Of a stretch of 64,000 nt of DNA, positions 58,001 to 64,000 are shown piece by piece; the stretch's first letter is position 1, and every line of letters begins with the position of its first letter. Position numbers and translations under genes: made by a program. Source of the DNA: a virus. A model generated the notes under the pieces. It had not been told where the DNA came from. It was given only the letters and a program-made list of their open reading frames with translations, and searched no databases. Where the stretch lies: positions 66,762 through 130,761 of the IMG/VR virus record IMGVR_UViG_3300045988_101135; one strand, 5' to 3'.

Positions 58001-58420
58001 ATACTCTGGCATGAAGTATGGGGTATTTAGAGATAATATCATTCCATAGAGAGAATAGAGAGCCTTCAGCCCACGCCCTACCGCCTGCTCCTCCTATCAA
58101 GATAGATATTTAAGCCTATAATCAAAGCCAATAAAGAAAAGCAAAAGACCATTACAATATTATACTGATCCGGTCCGTACTCCAACATAGAGCGAATACC
58201 AACCGACAGAAAATACAAGTCAGCTACTAATAAAAACCACCACATAAAATAAAAAAAAAATACAATAAGTATGTCCGAAAATACGGGGATTATAAAACCT
58301 AACTAATTGATAATCAAGCATACATAATTTTTAAGAAAAGTACAATAAGCCTAATTTTCAATCCATAGAGACGAAAAAGGCGGAATCCGGAACCCTATTT
58401 TGGGCCAGAAAACCGCATAA

Positions 58421-58514
58421 AGTTTCGTTTTAGACCAATTTTAACGACATGATATAGACAAAATACCGGCATTATATCCAAACTATCCTATTTTAGTTTC
58501 GTTTTAGACCAATA
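58421..58514. repeat. 19-nt direct repeat agtttcgttttagaccaat x2, spaced 75 nt
   Basis: Exact copies at 58421-58439 and 58496-58514. Confidence 0.5.
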
Positions 58515-58618
58515 TAGCTTACATCCGCCGTTCACTCTCAGAATATCCTACCCGTAAATAGAAAGAGTAGGATACAAAAATAGGGCTGCTCCGATATTCG
58601 AAACAACCCTACTCCTGT

Positions 58619-58825
58619 TTAAATACTGTTTATGTTTTCCTTCACGTAAGTTCGTGATGTATGGACTTTACGTTTGCATTTGTCCTTTCCCGTATCGGCA
58701 TGATACGCTTCTTTGAGATCACGATACAACATAAATTCCCGATACGCTCTTTTCCGCTTTTCTTTAGCTTCTTTCCTGGACAGACCGCGGACGTCTACCA
58801 TATGAGATTTAAATTTCCTTTCCAT
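58619..58825 (-). CDS. basic small protein (68 aa)
   Basis: Isolated ORF in the non-coding hub; Lys/Arg-rich. Confidence 0.35.
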   Translation of the reverse strand: MERKFKSHMVDVRGLSRKEAKEKRKRAYREFMLYRDLKEAYHADTGKDKCKRKVHTSRTYVKENINSI

Positions 58826-59043
58826 TTTCTTTATGCTTTAATTATGATTAACTCCAGCGGTTAAGAGCTTCGATATAGAAACCCTCCGCCTCTTTATACT
58901 CATTTTCACTGAGTGTTTCCACCGTCTCGATATAGTTACGCAATGTTATTTTTACGCAGATGTTTTTAGATTTATTGAACGCTTCAGTTAAAGCGTTGAT
59001 CATTTCTTTCTTTTCCATGTTATTATATTGTTTATAATTTAGA

Positions 59044-59110
59044 GGTTGCTCCGGAATCGAACCGAACGCGCATTCCTATCCTGTACGAATTTTATGCTAC
59101 AACCAACAGC
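59044..59110 (-). tRNA. tRNA-like element 3 (T-arm ttcgg-TTCGATT-ccgga; D-arm-like gctg-ttggttg-tagc)
   Basis: Shares ccggaatcgaaccga with element 2. The ggttgt / gcaacc acceptor pairing is possible, but the spacing is non-canonical. Confidence 0.35.
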
Positions 59111-59577
59111 CCGTAATTAGTACGTAGTTCTTGTGTACAGGCCCGTACTATGTTGTTATTATATTTTCCGTCTGCTACACAACTTAGCCACAAATAAAGG
59201 CGATTGTGTCCTTGCGTTTTGATACAACATGTTCCTACATGTTAGGCTACATGTTTATACCCTGTAATTTAATCTACAGCCTTGTCCTATTTTACGTGCA
59301 GGCAAGTAAGGCACGTTTCGGTCTAGAGATAAACCGCGTACAACGGTATGTTTTCCAAACTGTACTAACATACCTAACATAACTACATTTATCCAATGTA
59401 GTACATGCAGTAATACCAGCCCTTTAATTGCCAACGGCAAGGGCAAAGGTATATCTATCTCCAATATGTAAAATAACTCTCTGTTTTGTCAGCTTCAGTC
59501 TAAAGCATACGCGGGACATGCACCCACTGACAACGGCGTACAAGCGCGTTTAAAGGTACGCGCCCAACCTTGTTTTT

Positions 59578-60117
59578 TCACTGTTGATTGCTTTCGTGTG
59601 CTAAATACTCAGATACACACTTTGCAACGGTACGAAGCGAATAAGATTTGATCTTAACGGCCACATAAGTAGATTTATACTCGTCCGTCTCTTTAACGAT
59701 CCATTTTGCACTACTTTTCGTTTCCAACGTTTCCGCGGTCGCAAATCCGAAAGGCTTGTACTCTTCGCCATAAACTACATTATCAGCGCACCAATCAGCC
59801 GTTTTAGCCTCAACGCCTTTCTCTTTGTCTGCATTGGTATCCTTATACACTTTAGAGTATAAAGCAAATTTAACAAATGTATCGTCAACTTTCGGTAACA
59901 TTTGGCTACACACAGCTACCAGGCGTTTTTTATCCTTGGCGAGGGCTGCAACCTTTACGGCGTATTCTGCCGGTATTTCTAAGGCCTTGCAAATAGACTT
60001 AAGATCAGCTCCATTAGCAAATAAAGCGTTGTATAACTTTACGGCACCTACCAAATTTGCAGCATTTTCTTTGATAACAGCATTCTGTAGTTTGTTTACA
60101 TTTTTTTTAGTAATCAT
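59578..60117 (-). CDS. Ala/Lys-rich hypothetical protein (179 aa)
   Basis: Clean ORF inside the otherwise non-coding hub; the direction matches the DHH/PNKP operon. Confidence 0.55.
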   Translation of the reverse strand: MITKKNVNKLQNAVIKENAANLVGAVKLYNALFANGADLKSICKALEIPAEYAVKVAALAKDKKRLVAVCSQMLPKVDDTFVKFALYSKVYKDTNADKEKGVEAKTADWCADNVVYGEEYKPFGFATAETLETKSSAKWIVKETDEYKSTYVAVKIKSYSLRTVAKCVSEYLAHESNQQ

Positions 60118-60344
60118 AACATTATGTATTTATTTGTTAAACAAGTGATATTCAATTCAATAGCCCACAACGCAAGCTATTAACAGATACAGATATAGCG
60201 TTATCCAACGGATACACTATATAGGTTCATCATGTCGGCATGTGTTATCGCTTTAACACATTGCAAATATACTACTTTTATTGTTACTACAAATATATAT
60301 ACTATATTTTTTTTGTTAACTTGTATTAATTTCGATTCTATTAT

Positions 60345-60496
60345 CTGATTATCAGCAAATTATAAAACACGCAAGAGCAGTATTATACGCGTACATTAAT
60401 ATGTAGGATATATGCTTATTTAAGTGGCTTATAATCAATATGTTACAATAACACATTGATTATCAATAATTTAAATAAGTGGTTGATAATCAGAGA
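60345..60496. repeat. cluster of TGAT(T/A)ATCA palindromic motifs plus a 20-nt direct repeat taagtgg(c)tt(g)ataatca
   Basis: ctgattatcag (60345), cttataatcaat (60428), attgattatcaat (60455), ttgataatcag (60483); iteron-like. Confidence 0.45.
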
Positions 60497-60595
60497 GTTT
60501 TTAAGTTTGAGGTAAAAACGCGTTTTCGGTTTTCCAGCGAAGGGGGTGTGGGGGAGAAAACGCGTTTCGGGGGCGGGAGGTTCGTGATAGGTACC

Positions 60596-60720
60596 CCCTC
60601 TCTCCCATCACATAAACATCTTTTACCCTCTCTCCCATCACATAAACCTCTTTCTCACATATCTCCCACATTACATAAACATCTTTTACCCTCTCTCCCA
60701 TCACATACCCACCTCACACA
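60596..60720. repeat. tandem ~30-bp polypyrimidine repeat ccctctctcccatcacataaacatctttta (about 4 degenerate copies)
   Basis: Periodic repeat visible directly in the sequence; generates the spurious plus-strand ORF 60479..60736 with a repeated LPSLPSHK. Confidence 0.6.
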
Positions 60721-60724
60721 CAAC

Positions 60725-60759
60725 AAAAAAAAATAGGATTGATAGAAACCAATCCTATT
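60725..60759 (-). terminator. rho-independent terminator (10-bp stem aataggattg/caatcctatt, then T9 on the minus strand)
   Basis: Perfect hairpin 20 nt after the DHH gene stop; the A9 on the plus strand at 60725-60733 reads as a U-run on the minus strand. Confidence 0.65.
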
Positions 60760-60779
60760 TAAAACACGACCTTATTAAT

Positions 60780-61766
60780 TTATTGAATTGAAGTAAGTTT
60801 ATGGTTTTCAAGGAAGTCCTTAAACTGGTCACTTGATACGTCTATAACGAATCCAGCAGCACCAGCATGTCCTCCACCACCGAATCTCTTACTTACCTCA
60901 CAGCAATCCGCGCTGTCTTCCACGCATTCATAAAGAGAGAACCTAACCTTACCACCTGGCATGATACAAAATGGCATAAGGGCTTTAATTTTTCTACCGT
61001 CTAACCAGTCTCGTGTAAGAGAATCAAATACTTTAGAACTAAATTCCGTAGTATTCATCGCCACGACCTTAACCTCGTCTACGTAAGCTTCGAACGAATA
61101 CGCACTTACCTCTTGTTCGTTTTTACCAGCCATGTAGTTAATTATAGCACGTCCTTCTTTAGCGAGATCATAAAAAATAAGATCAATTTCATTGTCCTTC
61201 ATATCTTCTTTAAAGTGATCATACAAATACGACAATGCTATTAATACATTGAGTCTTATTTTTGATCTCAAGGCATACTGGATAGCTACTACCGTATCCC
61301 ATCCTAATTCAGAATCTTTATTCCACACATCGTAGTCTGACAGGCACCGGACGATCGCCGGCACCTTCCCCATCAGCAGGTCCGAGGCCAGAGCGCACGC
61401 ACCGACACCGACTCTCCTCAACCCTGGAACTACGAACCCCCATGTCTTACTATCTTCGATAATCCCCTTATGATGATCTATCCACATCAGGCTCTTTCCT
61501 TCATCAAGCCATTTCTTGAAAACCGTTTTAGAATCGGCTCCGAAAGACACGTCAAGAACATAAACAACATCTAAGTCACGCACTTGGTCAACAACTTTCT
61601 TAACATCATCTTCATACGAATACGGGATATAAACAACATCCTTGTTTTTACTGTGTTCATACATAGTTGCGATGGCTGCCGACACAACGCCATCTAAATC
61701 CGATTTATGATAAACTATCGCTGTTTTCTTTACTTTCATGATACAAACTTGTATATTTGATACCAC
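60780..61766 (-). CDS. DHH-DHHA1 family phosphoesterase (NrnA/RecJ-like)
   Basis: YHKSDLDGVVSA (motif I), IDHHKG (DHH motif), C-terminal GGGHAGAAGF (DHHA1 GGGH motif). The true start is probably MKVKK at 61739. Confidence 0.7.
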   Translation of the reverse strand: MVSNIQVCIMKVKKTAIVYHKSDLDGVVSAAIATMYEHSKNKDVVYIPYSYEDDVKKVVDQVRDLDVVYVLDVSFGADSKTVFKKWLDEGKSLMWIDHHKGIIEDSKTWGFVVPGLRRVGVGACALASDLLMGKVPAIVRCLSDYDVWNKDSELGWDTVVAIQYALRSKIRLNVLIALSYLYDHFKEDMKDNEIDLIFYDLAKEGRAIINYMAGKNEQEVSAYSFEAYVDEVKVVAMNTTEFSSKVFDSLTRDWLDGRKIKALMPFCIMPGGKVRFSLYECVEDSADCCEVSKRFGGGGHAGAAGFVIDVSSDQFKDFLENHKLTSIQ

Positions 61767-62646
61767 CGTCTTTTAATGTTTCTATTTTTATAACATCACT
61801 ATATAAATTGAAATTCTGATCTTTATCAATCCTTATATTCAGCACATCATCTACGGTTGCAGTTTTTCCATCATCGGTTTCAATCTTATAAAAATCTTTT
61901 AAAGTGATTTTTATATTAAGACCAACACCATATGGATTTTCAAGGATATATATATGATCGTTGTTGAGAATAACTATTCCTTCACTTGTATGTTCTTTGG
62001 ACAATACATATTCTAAATCAAGATCTTTATCCAAAAATGTAGTAATATCCATATAGTTAATACCGGAATTATAGGCACATACCTTATCCGAATCAGAGAA
62101 CTGCCCTGGCAGACCACTGGCGTCCCCGACCATCAACGAACATCCCTTAAGTTGACTGAAGTTCATACCGCGCATTACCGTGTCTTTACACTTCATAAGA
62201 ATATCATCAATCATGCCCGTATTAGGCTTCCTCATCGGATTTTGTTCGTCATTTGAATAACACAACCTTTTTTCATATAGGACGCCTCTTATACCTCTCT
62301 TTACCGCCAGATCATGTACGGACCTCAGTACGTATTCTATCTTAGCTTCAATATCAGCTCCAGAAACAAACCCAGCTTCTACTCCTCCTTGATTGCTTAC
62401 GATAGCAAATACCTTAACACCGTTCTCCTGCATGAGGTCAAGAGCCTTATTCACCACATCCATCTTAATCCTCATATCTGTCAAGTCTGTAGCGAACGTA
62501 TTCCCAGAAGCGGTTTCTATAAGCGTTCCATCAAAATCAAACAATAATATTCGTTTGGATTTTATATCAATATCTTGTACCATATCATTCTCCTTTCTCA
62601 AACTTACTTTTCTTAATCTCTCTCGGAACCAGGCAGAACACACCAT
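61705..62646 (-). CDS. PNKP-type HAD-family polynucleotide 3'-phosphatase with unknown C-terminal domain
   Basis: FDFDGTLIETASGNTFAT (DxDGT motif I plus the PNKP-specific TxxSG), SNQGGV, RKPNTGM, MVGDASG...FSDSDKVCAYNSGINY parallel the T4 Pnk / mammalian PNKP phosphatase domain. No kinase P-loop is present. Confidence 0.65.
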   Translation of the reverse strand: MVCSAWFRERLRKVSLRKENDMVQDIDIKSKRILLFDFDGTLIETASGNTFATDLTDMRIKMDVVNKALDLMQENGVKVFAIVSNQGGVEAGFVSGADIEAKIEYVLRSVHDLAVKRGIRGVLYEKRLCYSNDEQNPMRKPNTGMIDDILMKCKDTVMRGMNFSQLKGCSLMVGDASGLPGQFSDSDKVCAYNSGINYMDITTFLDKDLDLEYVLSKEHTSEGIVILNNDHIYILENPYGVGLNIKITLKDFYKIETDDGKTATVDDVLNIRIDKDQNFNLYSDVIKIETLKDGGIKYTSLYHESKENSDSLS

Positions 62647-63007
62647 CTTCGTCCTTAACCTTCACAATATCATAAACCGCATACTGATTATCACCGATAT
62701 CCCAACCTAACGAAGACAGTACATCACGGAGGTAAATACGTCTATATTTCTCACCTTGTTTATTTAATAAAAACGATCTCTCGTCTTCTACCTTAGAAGG
62801 AGCTATATACAAATTAGAATCCAACACCCCTTTAAACTCAGCTCCTTCTTCCATACCAATAATAACCGCATCTTCGATACCCATCCATTTCAGATTGTCC
62901 ACCGATATGGTCATAATCCGATCTTTGCTAATAGAAAGCTTTCTGATTTTAGCTTCTTTTGTCTTAGAACCTACATAGGTTTTACTGCTTAAAAAGTTTA
63001 TCTTCAT
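62585..63007 (-). CDS. hypothetical protein (140 aa)
   Basis: ORF in the minus array. Confidence 0.45.
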   Translation of the reverse strand: MKINFLSSKTYVGSKTKEAKIRKLSISKDRIMTISVDNLKWMGIEDAVIIGMEEGAEFKGVLDSNLYIAPSKVEDERSFLLNKQGEKYRRIYLRDVLSSLGWDIGDNQYAVYDIVKVKDEDGVFCLVPREIKKSKFEKGE

Positions 63008-63086
63008 GATATAATGTTTTTAAATTGTATCGCAAATATACGCAATAATATAAACAATACAATTTAAAAACAATTAAAATATGATA

Positions 63087-64000
63087 TTATAATACAGGTA
63101 ATTTTTTGAACTGCTCTGGAGCCACCTCGGATATGATTCCACGGAAAGCAAGACGCGAACCGAAGTACGAACTCGCGCTCAACGCGTTGCGAGACGCATA
63201 CGCATACGCCACGCCACTACTCGTATCCGAGCCGCTATAGGAGCGCGCCAAAACAATGGAGTTGCTCGATGTCTGACTATAGTAATCTGAATAATGCATG
63301 GAATCGTTACCGCCAACATTTGTCGGCACCACATCGAAAAACGGACCGTTTTCCGCTGCGATATTCGTTATCCAGCCATTGGAAGTTCCGGCGTTCACAT
63401 TGCGAGTCGATCCGTCTGGGTCGGTGATTTTCCAAACTCGGTTGTTGATTTCTACACCTTCAACCCATTCATAGATACCACCAAAAACCCCTTCCAAACC
63501 TAAGCCGCAAACGTACTTTGAACTTTCGTTTTTGGTATCCGCACCGCCGGTTGCGTTGCTGCTTCCCGTTGTTGTAGCCGGATTATTATTTGCGCCACCT
63601 AATCCTAATACAGATTGAATATTACGTGTTTTGTACTTAGCATACAACATCATAGCAATCACGCAATGTTGTTGAAAATCTATCATCTGAAACCCGGTAC
63701 CACGCGCTTTCGCATAACCTTCAAAATCGTTGAATGATTTTGAAGTTGTAGGACTAACACCACTCCAGCTATATAATCCATTCAAAGATACATATCCTTT
63801 ATATGCTCCAACAAGAGATTCCGGGACATGGATGTAAGTGCCGTCAATATCATGATCAGCAAAATGATAAAGAAATCTATTATCATCCACCTTATACCAT
63901 TTATACCAAAATTCTAAGAAAACGACCATCACATCACCTTCTGGTCCGGTAAGATTAGCCTGACTACCATCAAGATACAAATTGCTGTTGTCTTCCTTCA
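63087..64000 (-). CDS. Gly/Ser/Thr/Asn-rich fibre-like protein, N-terminus beyond the window edge
   Basis: The frame stays open to the window end. Composition (GGANNNPATTTGSSNATGGADT; the C-terminus has many S/T/N/G) resembles receptor-binding or tail-fibre distal domains. Confidence 0.5.
   Translation of the reverse strand, partial: KEDNSNLYLDGSQANLTGPEGDVMVVFLEFWYKWYKVDDNRFLYHFADHDIDGTYIHVPESLVGAYKGYVSLNGLYSWSGVSPTTSKSFNDFEGYAKARGTGFQMIDFQQHCVIAMMLYAKYKTRNIQSVLGLGGANNNPATTTGSSNATGGADTKNESSKYVCGLGLEGVFGGIYEWVEGVEINNRVWKITDPDGSTRNVNAGTSNGWITNIAAENGPFFDVVPTNVGGNDSMHYSDYYSQTSSNSIVLARSYSGSDTSSGVAYAYASRNALSASSYFGSRLAFRGIISEVAPEQFKKLPVL

Noticed and set aside
55880-59110. tRNA-like elements as an attP/integration module
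   Set aside because: No integrase or recombinase was recognised anywhere in the window, and three different copies within 3 kb are unlikely for an attachment site.
60596-60720. Possible CRISPR array
   Set aside because: The repeats are directly adjacent and degenerate with no unique spacers of regular length; they behave as a simple tandem repeat.
60479-60736. Plus-strand 85-aa ORF with a repeated LPSLPSHK peptide
   Set aside because: It is generated by the tandem 30-bp polypyrimidine DNA repeat lying after a terminator; a translation artefact of the repeat.

Overview
The window is AT-rich and phage-like, with genes packed head to tail, but it contains no recognisable capsid, terminase or integrase genes. 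The genes form two converging blocks that meet at a strong hairpin (22691-22729). The plus-strand block (1-22.7 kb) has two giant ORFs: one is cut by the window edge and has at least 1523 aa, the other has 2140 aa. It also has a 752-aa ORF, a cluster of low-complexity Gly/Gln/Cys- and RG-rich proteins, and a protein whose C-terminus matches the DUF2829/Tad2 sponge fold. Both giant ORFs are followed by members of a small paralogous family that all begin MRRRF. The minus-strand block (22.8-57.7 kb) looks like an early/replication module. It has an SF2 helicase, a DnaB-type helicase, a zinc-ribbon/Toprim-like primase candidate and two PD-(D/E)XK nucleases, one of them Cas4-like with a 4-Cys cluster. 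It also has a KilA-N-like protein, a DUF5664-type dATP/dGTP pyrophosphohydrolase-like protein, many small orphan ORFs and two duplicated gene pairs. A flotillin (SPFH) + NfeD + acyl-carrier-protein membrane module is embedded in that block. The right end (57.7-60.8 kb) is a ~3 kb mostly non-coding hub. It holds three tRNA-like elements with a canonical T-arm motif, several direct and tandem repeat families, polypyrimidine islands and a strong terminator. A PNKP-type 3'-phosphatase and a DHH-DHHA1 phosphoesterase flank this hub. The sparse Shine-Dalgarno usage and the giant ORFs would fit a Bacteroidota phage, possibly crAss-like, but that is inference only. All functional calls come from motif recognition by eye; no searches were run.
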